From Pelomyxa schiedti (taxonomy: Eukaryota; Protista; Evosea): a DNA stretch of 64,000 bases. Below the pieces are notes generated by a model. It was given only the letters and a program-made list of their open reading frames with translations, made no database searches and was not told the origin of the DNA. Below, in pieces: positions 38,553 to 52,876 of the stretch. Positions within the stretch are counted from its first letter, which is position 1; each line of letters begins with the position of its first letter. Both the position numbers and the translations under genes were made by a program. The stretch covers positions 80,699 through 144,698 of the forward strand of contig JAHLWZ010000800.1 in assembly GCA_020536535.1 (NCBI GenBank), given 5' to 3'.

Positions 38553-39409
38553 TTATGGCCTGCATTTTGGGCAGACGGGCATGCCATTAAGGGGGTAGAA
38601 TGACTCGTCGGGATTGAGAACTGTGTGGCATGTCACACAGGCAAAGCACTTGGGGTGGAAGGTTACACCAAGCTGCAAGGGGGTGAATTCATTGAAATGG
38701 AAACGCAAAAGCAAAAGAAACATACAGCTTCGACCCCTTCTTCAGAAAGTTCCACTTTCAACTTCTCGTGACATACATGGCATTCCTTGGAGAACTTGGC
38801 ATTGTAGTCATCAGCACAGTACCAGGCGTTATCTACTGTCCAGAACTTGATTCCGGGGAGTGGCTTCTTGCATGTAGCACACACGAAGCATGCATTGTGG
38901 TATCCTTTGCCCTGCAGAAATTACAGAGTAAGTGGATGAAAGTTTCCTTTGTACACTTACAGAGAATGTGGCCCAGGAGCTCTCGGTAATTGGTTGTGAG
39001 CAAACAGGGCAAGGGTCCGTAGGCTTCTTTGGAGCCGTCGCTCCGTGGCATTCGTTGCACCACGCTCCATCACTACAAATATTGTCACAGTAAGTAATAT
39101 GCATTTTATTTTCAAAAATAATGGCGGTTAGAGGGCGTTATTGTGTATATTTTTGAGAGTTGAGCGGCATACGGGTGCTTGTAGAATGAACCAACAAGTT
39201 CTTTATTGCAGTGAACGCATTTCCAGCACGCCTTGTGGTACTTCTTGCTCATAGCAGTAAGAATAGTGTCGGTCTTGGCAATGGGCTTGTTGCATCCGGC
39301 GCAAACGACTTCAACAGCGGGATCTGGCCATTAAAAATACACAAGCGTTAGATCGTTTTTGTTTATATTTGCCTTGTGGGTGTTAACCGAGGTGTCACCA
39401 ACCTGCCAT
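38553..39409 (-). CDS. Three-LIM-domain protein
   Basis: CAGCNKPI..YHKACWKCVHC, CPVCSQPI..MHASCFVCATC..YCADDY, and CHVCHEKL..FHPKCFACVTC..PVCPKC. Confidence 0.9.
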
Positions 39410-39519
39410 TTCGAACGGTTTTCTTTTTTTTTTTTTGGGTTGTTTAATTAAATTTTCGAAACGCTTTGAGCCAAAAATCTGTCCCTCTGGATAGACAGCG
39501 ACATGCTTTTAGAAGAACT

Positions 39520-41826
39520 TCACTTCTGACACATTCTCCTGAAGCTCCCTGAATCTCTTCTCCTAAAAGTCCTTGTGCCAGGACACACAACACAAATGCC
39601 TATTGAGACTGTGAAAAAAAGGATAGGGGAAAAGCCCATTTATTGCAAAGGTGGGTTGTGTGCAGGAAATTATGTCACTGTCAGTGTGATCTGTGCTGTC
39701 ATTAGTGGCTGAGTGTGTGGTGCTCATTCCGGTTTCATCGTCATCCTTGTTCCAGCCCTCCACAGAACCTTCCTCAGACAGAGACAGTACAACTACTGGC
39801 TGGGCTGTTGACAGTGGTGCAGGAGTTGGTGTTGGTGTCGGCGTGGCACTGGGAGTTGCTGTTGGGCTTGGCGTGTTGCTTGGCAGGGGTGAAACTGGTA
39901 AATGGAAGAGCGATGTGCCGCGTGGTGGGCTTGAGGGAGGAAATGGCATTGTTAGTTGAGACGGGGTAACGTCGCTGTGGAAGTGCTGAGTGGAAGAAGG
40001 TGCTGCTGTCTGTGAGTCTTTTTGAGGGGAGCCCATGTGCTCATCAGGAGGTGTGTTGTTGGTATCAGTGATAGGGGGCAATTTGTCCTGTGAGGACTGT
40101 TGGGTGTGCCTTTCATTGGCTTTCAAAATTTGGTGGGTGAGGGGTGTTATGGGACTAGACAGCAGGTGTGAAAGGGGAAAATTTCCATTCGGCAAGAGTA
40201 AATTCTGGTTGGAGATTATCGTTGTTGGAGTTGTGGGTGCTTGAGGGGTGAATGGAGTGACGGGTGCTTGAAAGGAGACTGATGACTCTGATACTGATGG
40301 TATTGCCGGAAAAGTGATGGGATCCTGTATGAGGGTGTCCCAGGATTTTGTTTGAAGCATCAATGGGGGATCTGATGTGACGCTATCCAACGCTTTCAGT
40401 AAAGCCTGTTCCACATTGAATGCCAACTGTTTTTGCTTTGCCAGGGGTAGACACTCAAAAGAAAATAAGTGACACTCAGTAGAGTGTAGTGAAAGCTTAC
40501 GTTTTCTGCAAGGAGTTCTTGGACTAGAAATTCGTTTATACTACAGAAAGTGGACAGTGATAACCGTAGTGTCGTTAGTCGCGAAATTAACTGAGTAAAA
40601 GTGAGTTTTTTCAAAAAGCGCACTGAGTACCTACAGTTTCTAATTGCTGCAATTTGTGGGTGAGCAAAAAAAAAAATTGTTGTAAGAGAAATACCGATTG
40701 TAAGAAGGAAATGTTCCGGCTACAAATAGTTCTTGATTGTAAAAGCAACGGAACAGTTGCGGAAACTTGCCGTAAAACCCATTGTGGTTGTTGTAATGGG
40801 GTCTGGACTTCCTTGCTAGGACAATTTAGCCATGGCTCTATGTGGTATGACCATTTTATGACTTTTCTGGAATTTCTTACTCTGAAGAAGAGAAACAGTC
40901 TGTATGGCATGATTTACTGTCCGATAGTTGGCAAGCTCTTGAGTTATGTAATGCATGATTGCCTCTATTTTAAACCCAAGAAGACCAATCTCTGCTATGA
41001 GTGCTGCTTCGTCCCTGTATGATGACATGACTATAAAACTCAATTTTCGCCATAGAGGTTACTTGTTTTTCAGATTGGCAATAAATGAAACAGGAGCCTG
41101 AAGCAATGAAGTAAGGGATGGCATTTCAAAAGTCGTGTTTGAATCTGATATTTTCTGTGAAATTTCTTTAGGCTCAGCATCTGCGCCTCCTGTAGATGAC
41201 AGCACACTTCCAAAAGAGGTTTTTGGAAAAGGGGGTGCTGTGGAATGGGATACGGCCGTTGAAGCAGTCTCTGAGGAAGTTGGTGCAATTTGAGCATTTG
41301 TATCTGCAGTGCCTGAAACATTAATCGACGGGGGATGTTCTGCAGCACTCTGTTGACTTGGAGGGGAAGAAGCGGCAGAGTTCGTCATATCCACCACATC
41401 GTTGGTTGTGCTGGTTTCACCAGATTCTTTTTCGGTGGGGCTTGGTTCTTGCGATGAGAACAACCTTGAGCTGATACTGCGTGTGTGTTGTGCGTGCCTG
41501 TCACTTTGTTTCTTGTAATGGTGCCTGTGCCTCTCACACAATGACTGCGAGCTAAACGCGTGGTTTCTCTCGTCGGTTTCTTGGTCGCCGAGCTTGGACG
41601 GCGACGAAGAGACAGGCTCCTCCTTCAATTCGCCGCCCGCTTTGTCGCCCGAGGAAACAGACGGCGGCGAAAACGGGTTCGGCTTGATCTCCACTCTCCG
41701 GATCTTGGGCGGCGTCAATGCGACGTGTCGTCTCGGACTCTCCGCATTCCACGTAACTTTCTTTTTCTCTCCTGTTCCGCGCCCCTTTCGCCGTACTGCC
41801 GACACGAGCGGCGGCTGCGTCTGCAT
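39520..41826 (-). CDS. Hypothetical Ser/Pro/Thr-rich protein
   Basis: Long ORFs 41059-41826 and 39563-40426 with intervening small exons; 3' end approximate; no family recognised. Confidence 0.5.
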
Positions 41827-41914
41827 CTCTCCTTCCTTTCTCTTTTTTATTTTTTTGAAATGACAAATCAAGATCTCCTCTTCGTGTTTCTTCGAATTTT
41901 GGGTGAGCGGGGAA

Positions 41915-44351
41915 CTAGTGCCGTACGGCTCTTGTTGGTGGTTTTCGTCCTTTGGGGGCTGCTCGCTTGATCTGTTTTGTTTTGGGGTGTTAGAAATGAA
42001 AGTAGTATAGTATGTTTGATTGCAAACATGTTCTAGCCTAGCCTCAGTTGATACGGGTAGTCCATCTGCAGTATATTTTACATGAGCCGGCCTGGTTTTG
42101 TTGGAAAGTGTTTTGGTTAGTGAAGGTGTGGTGAATGGTTGATAGAGCAGTACTTTGGTTCCGCAATACTGGGTACTTTAGTGGGGATACTTTCTGTTGG
42201 GGCATTTGTGGGCACGGAAGTGCCTGCGGGTACAGCGGCTTCATTTGAGGTTGGTGCTGTATTTACATTTGCATTTGGATTTGGAGTTGCAGGTGCACCC
42301 ATCATCATCTTCCCTTTAAGGATATCTTCAAGCTGAGACGAGATTAAAATATGAAACAAATCGATTGAATGGGGATTTACTTTGGATTTGATGTGTTGTG
42401 ATCCCTCTGAGGAAACTTCGATTTTGATCTGTATGGAAGGGATTATGACTTGTTGCTTGATGGAAGAAAGAGAAGGAAAATTAAGGAACCTTCCTTTCTC
42501 GTGGTGGGAGCTATAAGTTGTTAGAGGCTACACAATACACGAAAATGTACCTTTTCGGGTTCTGTTGGAGCTAAGAATACACCTGGCACCTGGGAAAAAT
42601 AAGTAAATCGAAATTCATGAAAGAAGGAGAACTAACCATTAATTTTCCAGGTCTGGCTGCCTGTGCCCTTGTAGGTTCCTCAGGTTTTGTAGACTGCGGT
42701 GCTCTGGCTGGTAAAGATCTTCCAGGGACAGAAGTTGGTTTCGCTTGAACACCACCTGTTGGAGCTGGTTTGAGGTTGGAAGAGGCAGATGCACCAGAGG
42801 TTGGGGAAACTTTGGGAGGAGGGGTGGGTGTTGGTTTGGCAGGGGGTAATGAATTAGGCTTTGAGGGGGGAACAGGAGTAGGTTTAGGAGGTGGTGTGGG
42901 TTTGTCAGCTGTGCTTGTTGAGCTTGGGGGTGCAACTTTTGGCACTTCGTTGATAGGCGAAGCTGAATCAGTTGTGTCAGGCACTACATTGACGCCATTC
43001 GTGACAGGTGGGCTTACATCAACCGTTACCTCGGGATTTGGAAGCGTTGTGGTAGATGGGGTAGTAGCGGGAGTAGTGGTTGCAGTTGCTTCGGAAGTAG
43101 ATACCTCTGTTTCTTTAGGTTCAATTACTTCCTTGACTTCAATTGCTGGAACTGTTTCACAGGTTGTGGGCTGTGATTGAATTGAGGCATCCGGAGATTG
43201 CACCGGCTCTTCATTTTGTTGAGGTACGGAAGAAGTTGTAGCTGTTGTGGTATTTGTATCAGCATCTGAAACGATGGTGAAGTCAGATTCAATTTCTTTG
43301 CTTTCTTGTTGTTGAGATTCTTCAAGTTGCATTTTAGCAATCTTAGTAACAAGGTCCACAGGTACATCGCTTTCAGGAATATTGTAATCTCTACTGATTT
43401 CCCTTATTGAAAGGCGTACTCTTTCTTGCCTTTTTTGTTTTAGTGTTTCGTGGTAACATCTGGCTGATTACGTTTCTAATTGGGCTAGAAAATCGTCATT
43501 CAGTGACTCTCCAGTACAGACATCGATTGCCATAGTTTTGCGTTTTGATTGGTTCTCTGGGGTGTCTTCTCTGTAAATTTTGTTGACAAAGGATTGAAAC
43601 TTAGGTGCGCACCTTGCTGCTTCACTCTGTGAAATATCTTCACCCTTCTTCACTGAAAGATTGCAGTTGTTTGGAACAGAGTGGTAGCAGACATCATGAG
43701 CCCGAAAATTACATACTAATTTGATCAGGAAATTCCTGTACGTATTTTACAATCATTCACCTGTACACTGATAACTTTGTGCTCCCATTCCCCATATAAG
43801 GTAGCCGCATTGGCCACAGGAGGTTGGCCAGGCAAACCGAGTAGCTACCCAGTTGTGAGAAGCATCAGCTGTATTCTGGACTACAGGCTCAAGCTCCCAC
43901 TCGCAATTTGGCTTCCAAAAGTAAACACATGATATTGTCCCTAAGGTAGGTCAAACGGGGAGAAAAAAAATTAAAGTGAACCATCTTTTTCACTTGCAAG
44001 CCAGGATATGTGGGCAGTCCTGGTACGAAATTAGAAAGCTAAGATATGATACATTGTGGTACTTCATAGAGAAACGGATTGCGGATTCAGTAGCTTGTTT
44101 TACAAAGAAATGCTCCCAAGACTTGGCCTCAATTCTGTTGCAAACAGGGCCACCAACAAATGGAACACACAAAAATTTGCCAAACTCACTGTAACAATGT
44201 TGGTGGAGGTATATTTGATGAGGGAGGACAAGGCAGTAACATACGACTTGAGTGTGAGGCCATTTTCGTCAGTATTGAGGTTCCACGTAGTCCTGAACCC
44301 AGGCACACCTTCTGGCACACAAAACAAAAACCCCATCTGGTTGGTACCCAA
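41915..44351 (-). CDS. C1 (PKC-type zinc finger) protein with Pro-rich region and C-terminal CPI-like motif
   Basis: HNWVATRFAWPTSCGQCGYLIWGMGAQSYQC..CNFRAHDVCYHSVPNNC (~43665-43860). PTPPPK repeats. Spliced end RLEH-IKRAAPKGRKPPTR. The 5' end is uncertain and may extend to ~44770. Confidence 0.7.
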
Positions 44352-44825
44352 GAAAGTCCCAAAGCATGTCTTGAGCCTATAAACACCCCCTATTCAAAAT
44401 GTGTTGAGCATCCCAACAATGGGTTTTTTTTTTTTTTGGTTTGGTGTTGTTATTTGTTCTAATCATTTATCGATGATGTTTAGCAATGCCAGCCTTACGG
44501 ATAGCTTTAGAGTCAGGGGCAGTGCTATTGACAGTTTCGGGGCTTGTTTTATTTGCACCAGACGACGACGTGGTCAGTGACATCTCCACCACTTCGAATT
44601 TATCGGGGTTATTTTTGTATGTTTTCTAAACGGCCACATCTCTCCAAGTTGGAGTCCAGCTCTCTCTGGTCTCCAGAGGTCTGTCAGAGCATCAATGGAA
44701 AAAAAGGGGAACTCACCGTTCACTTCCCAGTGCCACCCCCAGTGTCTGAGCACATCCCAGCCAATTGAACCTGTGTTGAACGAGAAGTTGTCGTTGCTTC
44801 TGGCTTATTAATCTTGATCACAACA

Positions 44826-47800
44826 ATGAGCCAGGAGCAGAGCGCAGCAGCACCGGCGGCCAAGAGGCGGTGCCCGAACCAACGCGGGAGGGGGTCCCAT
44901 AATCCGTGCCGCGGGGGCGGCCGCGGCGGGCGGGGCAGAGGAGGCCGCGGCCGGGGCGGTCGCGGGCGCGGGCGTGCTCAGCCGGCGGCACCAGGCGAGA
45001 ACTTCGACATCCAAGCGGACGACGACGGCGGAGGGCGGGGGGAGGCCGTCCCCACAGAAATCGATGGAGACGAGGTCCGCGACGACTCGGCCCCGTCGTC
45101 TGCGGCGGCGACGACGACGACGACGACTACGACGACGAGTGCACCCGGGGGCGACCGGGAAGTAGTGCCAAAGACGGTCAGATCTGGTTCTGGGTCCGAG
45201 GGGGCTGAGGACGACGAGAAGGACGGCTACTGTGTGGGCATGAGGTATGGCTCATTTCAACTTGTGGGAACAGAGCCACCACTGCCACATAGCAAATAAC
45301 AACCAACAAAATTACCAAAAAAAAAAAAATCCCAAATGTAAAAACCCCAAACACAAACACAGTAACTTAGAATAATCTCGCTGCGTAAAGGTGCTTTATG
45401 AACCAGGGAACTCCATTCCGGGCAATACTTAAGCACAGGTACTCTGATTTCCTCGTGAATGAAATTTCACCTGATGGTAACGTTGTGCACCTCACAGACA
45501 TGTCCCCTCCTTCTCCTGGTAAAAACCACCCACTTCCCACCATAATAAACACATTTTTTTCCCTGATGCACATTTTGGCAGACCCTGCTACTGTATTTGA
45601 TAGTAGCACGGAAGACCCTTATATACAGCTTGCTGCAATTGTAGGAAGCGAACAAACTACAGCATTCAAAGCCGCCCTTGAAGTGCCTAACCATGTCAAT
45701 TGTGTAGGAATTAACAATGTCTTACTAGGACAGCTGCAAAGCTAAGGAACTTGCTGTTTTCAAATTTGCTGCTGATCCAAGTAAAGAAAAAAGAACTAAG
45801 TTGCACACTTTGATTAAAGCACACTTCCCTGAGCTGGAATCTTCCACTGAGCAAGGGTAAAAACAAACTGAGTTTGGTGAAGAGTGATGTATGTCCCAGA
45901 TTTATCACTGTGACTCGCGTAAGAGGAAAACCAGCACGTTCATCGTGGCCTAGTTCTCTTCCTGGCTATCTTGTTTTTTCCCTGTACAAAGAGAGTTACG
46001 TAACCCAACAAACAAATATTACCCCTAAACTGATACAGATACTGACATGGGACTGGCTATTCAAACCCTTTCCAGAGCGCTCCGACTGAAACCGTCACGA
46101 TTTTCCTATGCAGGGATTAAAGATAAGAGGGGGATTACAGTTCAGCGGGTATCTGCTTTAAAAGTACCGTCAAGTCAGGTAACAAATGGAAACTTTGACC
46201 AACTCTGAATATCAATTGTAGATGGCAACCTTCAATGGGAGATTTCCCTTGTTAAGGGTTGGAGATTTCTCATATCAAGAAAATCAAATTCATTTGGGTG
46301 ACCTGTGGGGAAACAGATTTTGTGTTGTGCTCCGAGATGTTTCTGGAGCTACGGAACAAGAAATTGCAGCTAGTATCGAAACATTGAAGTCTCAAGGGTA
46401 CCTTTCTCTTGTCACCTCTGGAGACTGTACAAATTTTTTTTTTGCTTATAGATTTATCAACTATTATGGTCTTCAGCGATTTGGCACAGGCTCAGTTTCC
46501 ACCCACAGGATTGGAGCCTTGCTGTTGAGTAATAACTGGGAAGCTGCAGTGAAAGCCATTATATGCAGTGCTACAACATCCGACTGTGATGAAGTTAGAA
46601 AGTAAAATGTCCTTGGGAAATAGGAAACTGCCACCTAAATCTTCCAGGGCGCAAGCTTTGTTTGAACAGGGACAACTGGAGGAATGTCTGGAACAACTTC
46701 CATATTTCAAACGTATTAATATGCCGCCTCATGCCAAACTAATGCACTTAGACATTGAGAGAGAGCTTGTGTCGTCACTTATTCGTTGTGGACCAAAGGC
46801 ATATTTCAATGCCGTGGATAGATTACCCCGCTTCACTCAGATGCTCTACGTGCACGCATACCAGAGCTTTGTATGGAAAAACCGTTTTCCTCCCAGGCTT
46901 TTCTCACTTTCTTCACAGATCTGGAATAGTGTGGTAAGTGACAGAATGGAGATGTACGGCCCTCGAGTTGTTGTTGGAGACTTAATTGCCACTGGCAATA
47001 TTGAAGAGCCCTCCACTAGTGTTGAAGAATCTGCCATTGAAAGTGAGAAGGATAACACACGTGAATCAGATCAGGCATCACACAAACCCTCAATGCATGT
47101 TGTCACTGATGAAGGTACACCATAATTGCACACACAAAAAAAATAACACAACACAGATGTTGCATTAAACAGATTTTCTATCAATCAAGTGGTAATGCCT
47201 CTTCCTGGTAGCCAAGTTCAATATCCAGAGAATCGGTCTGGACGTGAACTGTATGCTCAATATCTTGCCGCGGACTCACTTACCTTTGAGCACCTATGGG
47301 GGAAACACAAGGCATTCCGCCTTACTGGTGGATATCGGCACATTGTGGAAATTCCAACTGCATTGTCTTGGAGAATGATTAAGTATGCAACTCCAGATGA
47401 GACTTTGACAGTGAGCGAAGCCGAAGTACTTGACGCAAAAAGAAAGGCTGCTTCTCAAATAGCATCACCTGAGGCCCCAATCGATTCTGTCCCTACTCCC
47501 GCTGCTGCGTTGGAAACCACGGGCACCACCGCCCCTGTGTCCAGCACCCAACCAGCGAAACCGTACACTGCACTGGTACTTGAGTTCAGCCTGCATAAAT
47601 CCTGCTACGCAACCATGTGCTACCGCGAGCTTCTAAAGCAAGGCACTTCGCGTGCCGCGCAGGTCAAGCTCACAAATTCCACCCCGGATTCTGTTACCTG
47701 CACCCAACCAACCCCGCTTCCGCCGAAACCGCAAGAACAACAAACCGAAGCAGCAGCACAACATCAACAGCCACCCGAACTAGCCACATCAACTACAGCA

Positions 47801-47950
47801 GAAACAACAACAACAACTACCACCACAACAACAGCACCTCAACAGACACCAGAACAGCAACAACCCATAATAACCGCGGCCGCACCCCAAAACACAACAG
47901 GCACAACGAGCGATGCAACGAACACCGCAACGCCCAGCAACCAGCCCTGA
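44826..47950 (+). CDS. PUS7: Pseudouridine synthase TruD/PUS7
   Basis: FRAILKHRYSDFLVNEI, FSYAGIKDKRGITVQ (catalytic Asp), LGDLWGNRFCVVLR, FINYYGLQRFG, YVHAYQS and FSLHKSCYATMCYRE; RGG-rich N-terminus. Confidence 0.95.
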
Positions 47951-48070
47951 AGGCATCTTCCAAAAACCCATATCTCTTATCTGGTGCCAAACGGCGTGCG
48001 CACAACAAACTTTCGTTTTGTACGAAATCAAAATTGAAATAATTGCCCGATGATGGGGAAACACACTCCG

Positions 48071-49830
48071 ATGTTAGTTGTTATTATTGGGATTGTTGTT
48101 GGTGTGGTTTTAGGAGCATCTATTCCTGTTCCAAAGGTAACTTATGAGCTGATAATGCCTGGGGGCACATTCCCTTACTGGTGTGAGGTTTTATAGTTCT
48201 TTTGAAACACAATACTCAAGGGATTTCTCTCTCTTTTTCCTCTCCAGTCATGCATGTTCTATTCAAGAATTGTATGATGGAACGGTTGTGGCTGTTTTCC
48301 ATGCCGGAGTATGCCGAGGCACTCTTTTTTTCACTTTCATGGGAGTAATGAACTTTGTAGACAAATGAGGGAAATGAGGATTTATCTATTTGGACGTCGA
48401 GGAGGGACCCTGCAACTGGTACCTGGTCTCCAATCACTGTTGCTGCCAAAACCCCTGGAGTGTGTGATATGTATGGCCTTCTTCTCCCTTTCACAGCATA
48501 TAATCAAAATAAAAAGGAATCCTTCTCTGTATATGAATGACAACGGAGTTCTGTACCTTGACTTCCACTTTGGAAGTGATTCCATAACAGATCCTAGTGT
48601 GTTTCTATGCAAGGTGAAAATCTTGCCTAAGTTTCCAAGATTCCTGTTCCACACATTCTTGGGAGGGAGCATATGTCAGCTCTTCTGATGGAGGTGTCAC
48701 ATGGTCGTCAGTAACATACCTACCCAAAGGGTATGGTACCATCACCTTTCAAGTTAATGCAAAATAACCTAAAATAAGGTTCCTTGCTGGAATCAAGAAT
48801 AAGTGCATCACCCTCAGTAATGGAAATGTATTGTGCCCGTCCTCTACCGAGTCTGGGCACGTTGATGAACTCATTGGTACAACATCTCAAAAGTACTTTC
48901 CCTTTTTCACACTACTGGAGGAATTTGGCAATCACACATGGAAACAACCGATCAAGATTATCGTCAGTTCTTGTATCCCTCCATTATTACTCACTATATC
49001 CAGAACATTGGGAGAAGAGCAATGATATAGATGTGTTCCATGAGCATGAAACTTGGTGTCAAGGACCTATTCAGCCAACTCTATTTGAATTGGAAACACC
49101 AGGAAAGGTTCGTGCTTTTCATTTCACTCAAATTTCAACTTAGAATTTCCCACACAGCTTACTTGCCTTTTGCGGACAAGCTGTGACTGGTTAGCTCAAA
49201 GCTACAGTGATGATTATGGTCTCTCTTGGCAGAAGCTAGCTGATCCAACTGATTTGATGAACCCAGGAGCTGGTAGAGAACTCTTTTTGTTGACTTCCTT
49301 TTGTACTAATTTCCCAAATAGGTATTGATGGTGTGCGCATGTATGGGGATGGTGCATACCTTGGATTCCTTCTTATGATGAATAACAGTACCCAGCAAAG
49401 GTTGGTTCACACACTATCTGGATAGAAAATCACAATACATATGAACACTCACAAGGTGCCCATTGACATTGGCACACAGTGGTGACTGGGGTGAGACATG
49501 GGAGTATGTCGCAGACATTGAAACTGATTGCACAGGCACTTAGCCCCTTTAATTTTCCCAGTTCTCACATTGTTGTTTTTCACCAACTAGGAAGCTACCA
49601 ATACCCAGCCATTGTGCAAAGCAGAACAAATCCAAAGTAAGGCGATATAATTTAACTGAAACCTCCCCTAATTTATCCCAGAGTAGCACATGTGTGTTAC
49701 ACATTAGACTATGGAAACCGCACCATGGCCTATGCAAAATTGCAGTGGTCTTAATTAAATTAAACTTTCATCCAACTGCATTTTTTTTCAGCAAGTGAGA
49801 ACCATCAACAAACAATTCTGTACACAATAG
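48071..49830 (+). CDS. Secreted BNR/Asp-box (sialidase-like, BNR_2) beta-propeller protein
   Basis: Signal peptide MLVVIIGIVVGVVLG, HACSIQELYDG..VFHAG..EG, WNPSL, Asp-boxes SSDGGVTWS and SDDYGLSW, IQPTL. The 3' end is approximate. Confidence 0.78.
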
Positions 49831-50165
49831 TGGAAACACCAGGTTTTTTGAGAGAGAAGATTGATGGATGATGATTGCATTACTGACTTGGCCAACACAC
49901 ACACAAAAGACAACCCCAACACCAACATAGAGCACTCCCCAGATGCACCAAACAGTGACCCCCAAGCTGTTTTGTTATGTTTGTTTTTAGATAGCTACCA
50001 AGGATTCTGTGGTACGGGATGCAAACAGCAGGGTCTGGTCACGTGGAAAAATGGGAATTCTTCAGACTGACAACACTGAGTACTGTCCCAGTAATCATCT
50101 CAAACAGAACGAAAAACAGAAACCAAAAAAAAAACAAACAAACCCATTGCAGTGAACCGGCAGTA

Positions 50166-52770
50166 ATGGCAGCAACCGTAACGACAAAAACACGCGCCGA
50201 GGTACAATAGTTAGTTGCCTGTTTGTGGTTTAATGGCGGGATCTAGATCGAAGAGCGGTGGAAGTGGGACCTCACCCCAATGTTTCCAAATGACGAAGCG
50301 TGGGAAGTTGCTCTCTTGGATCTCAAGACTCTGTTGCCGGCTATTAACGAACTCAAAGGCATTCCCTTTTTTGCCCTTTGCCACCCTAACTCTCTCACCA
50401 ATAGGCAAACTTGCTGTATCCGTCGACAATTTAGTGCGTGTTTTTGAGCTGGATGATAACTTAACAAGGGCAATGGAGAAAGTTTTGACCTATGCCAGTT
50501 TGAGGTCTGATGAAGATACAGGCAACTCACAAGGTTAGCATTATCTCCTTTTTTTTTTTTTGTGAGATGGAGTGACTCCGTTGTAGCACTTGCAATGAAA
50601 GAGAAAGCCGAGTCTGAAAAGTCGAAATTGTGTGCAGCCACAGCTTGGATTCTGCCTGAGATAATGAAAATCCCAGAAGAAAAAATCAGGGAATTTTCTG
50701 TGAGTCCTGCAATGCAACCCTATAAACGGGCTCTTGAGGTACATTACCGGGATACCTTATTCCTTCACTCTGTAATCAATTTCAAGGTGATTTTGAGGAA
50801 TAAGCCCCACATCCTGACAGAAGATGAAGAAAGGCTTCTTGCACTTGCGGATGATACTCTTGATTCCTCTCACACAATCTACACCCTCCTTACTTGTGCC
50901 GACATGAAATTTCCAACCATCGTGAATGACAATGGGGAAACACAACAAGTAACACATGGAAATTTCATTACTCTTATGCAGGTAGTTGATCTTTTTTTCA
51001 ATTCCCTTTGTCTTATATTAATAGAGCCAAAAACGTGCTGTGCGGAAGGAGACCTTCACAGCACTTTACACTATCTACGAGAAATTCCGCAATACTGTCG
51101 CTGCCTGCCTAAATGCCACAGTAAAAAAAGATGTTTTCCAGGCTACAGCACGCCACCACCCCTCTGCACTTCGTGCTTCTCTACACAGTGATGTCGTGCA
51201 GCAGGAGGTAAGCTACCTGAATCTCTTCCAACTTCCTCATGGTATAACAGGTGTACGACTCTCTTATTGAAGCTATGCACAGGTCACTGCCCGCATTCTA
51301 CGAATATGTTCACTTGAAGAAAACATGCCTGAAACTTGATGCTATTGATATGTCAGCACTAAAATTTTTCTTTTAATTGTTTAAATACTGTGTAGGTATG
51401 ACATTTACGTTCAAATTGTTCCTGACTTCAAGATGGAGGTTATTTTTGCATTCTGGGTGGGTATGATGACCTTTTCATAGGTGAGTTTCGAGCAATCAGT
51501 TCTATGGGTAAAAGAAGCTCTAAGGCCACTTGGCCCAAATTACTGCAGCATTGTGGACAGGGTAGGACAATGTCCAAGCTATTGCATTGTTTTCTAAATT
51601 CACCTAGGCATTCAATGAACGTTGGATTGATGTGTACGTACTCAAACCTCTTCTCAACACAGCACTGATAAGAATAGCTATGAAAACGTTGGAAAGAAGT
51701 CTGGTGCGTACTCTGGTGGTTGCTTTGACTCTCCTCCTTACATGCTGTTGAACCATCAGCCAGACCTTGATTCGTACAAGCATATTCATCCTCTTTATCT
51801 CTAACTTCTTTCAGAGCTTTTACACTTATTCATGAGATGGGTCACTCCATGCACACGTTTTTATCCAATTCGCACCAGACACATTTATATGCAGAGTGTG
51901 TGCGGGGGATGGGGAAACATTAAAAGAAATTTTACCTGGAATGTTACAGATACAAGATCTTCGTAGCAGAAGTTGCCAGCACCGTGAACGAGCTTCTTCT
52001 ATTCACACACTTGATGAAGACCTCCACTGACAAGAAGCTGAAAGCCTATCTGCTTAATCATAGGTTTTCGGTTTTTGTTTCCTTTTCCCTGGCTCATTGG
52101 CTCCCAATTTTAGGTGCGATGATTTCAGGACCACTGTTTTCCGGTAATACCTCAAGTTAATCTCTACAGTACTAACTTACGGCAGACAGACTATGTTCGC
52201 AGAGTATGAGAAACTTATACACAACAAAGTTGAGACAGGAACACCCTTAACCGCAGACGTTCTGTGTAACGAGGTACCTCCTGTGCTTGCAAACTGAATC
52301 TTAAACCACAACAGTACTTCGAACTCAACAAATTGTATTACGGTCCTGAAATGCAAACCGACCCCCTTATCAAATACGAATGGGAGCGCATTCCACATTT
52401 CCACTACAACTTCTATGTCTACAAGTACGCCTCTCACATTCTCGCAAATTTATTCCACTCACATTTGCATGCAGGTACGCAACCAGTTTCTGTGCTGCAG
52501 AGAAAATTGTCTCGTTGATCATGTCTGGTGAACCCGGGTTCGTTCAGAAGTACATCAACTTCCTTAGTAGCGGCAACATCAAGGACCCCCTTGACCTTCT
52601 TGCCGAGGTACCAAAGTTCCCACCCTCCTTTTCCTTTATTCCTGTTCTAACACAAGTCACAACAGATGGGTGTTGACCTTCGCTCTGTCCAAGTCATTGA
52701 GGATGCACTCTCCCACTTCCGCGTTTGTGTCCGTGAACTTGGCGAACTTTTGGCTGAGGAATCCCATTAA
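50166..52770 (+). CDS. pepF: Oligoendopeptidase F (peptidase M3B)
   Basis: WDLTPMF, RNKPHILTEDEE, RWIDV..SGAYSGG..PYMLLNH, FTLIHEMGHSMH (zinc motif), IFVAEVASTVNE, WERIPHFHYNFYVYKYATS; many introns. Confidence 0.93.
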
Positions 52771-52876
52771 AGTCCCTCGTCAATAAAAGCAACAAAGGAA
52801 AATAAGTTAGTTTGTTTTACAGTGCTATGTTCTTTTTTTTTAAATTTATTTGTACACTGGTCTGAGAAAATGTCTG

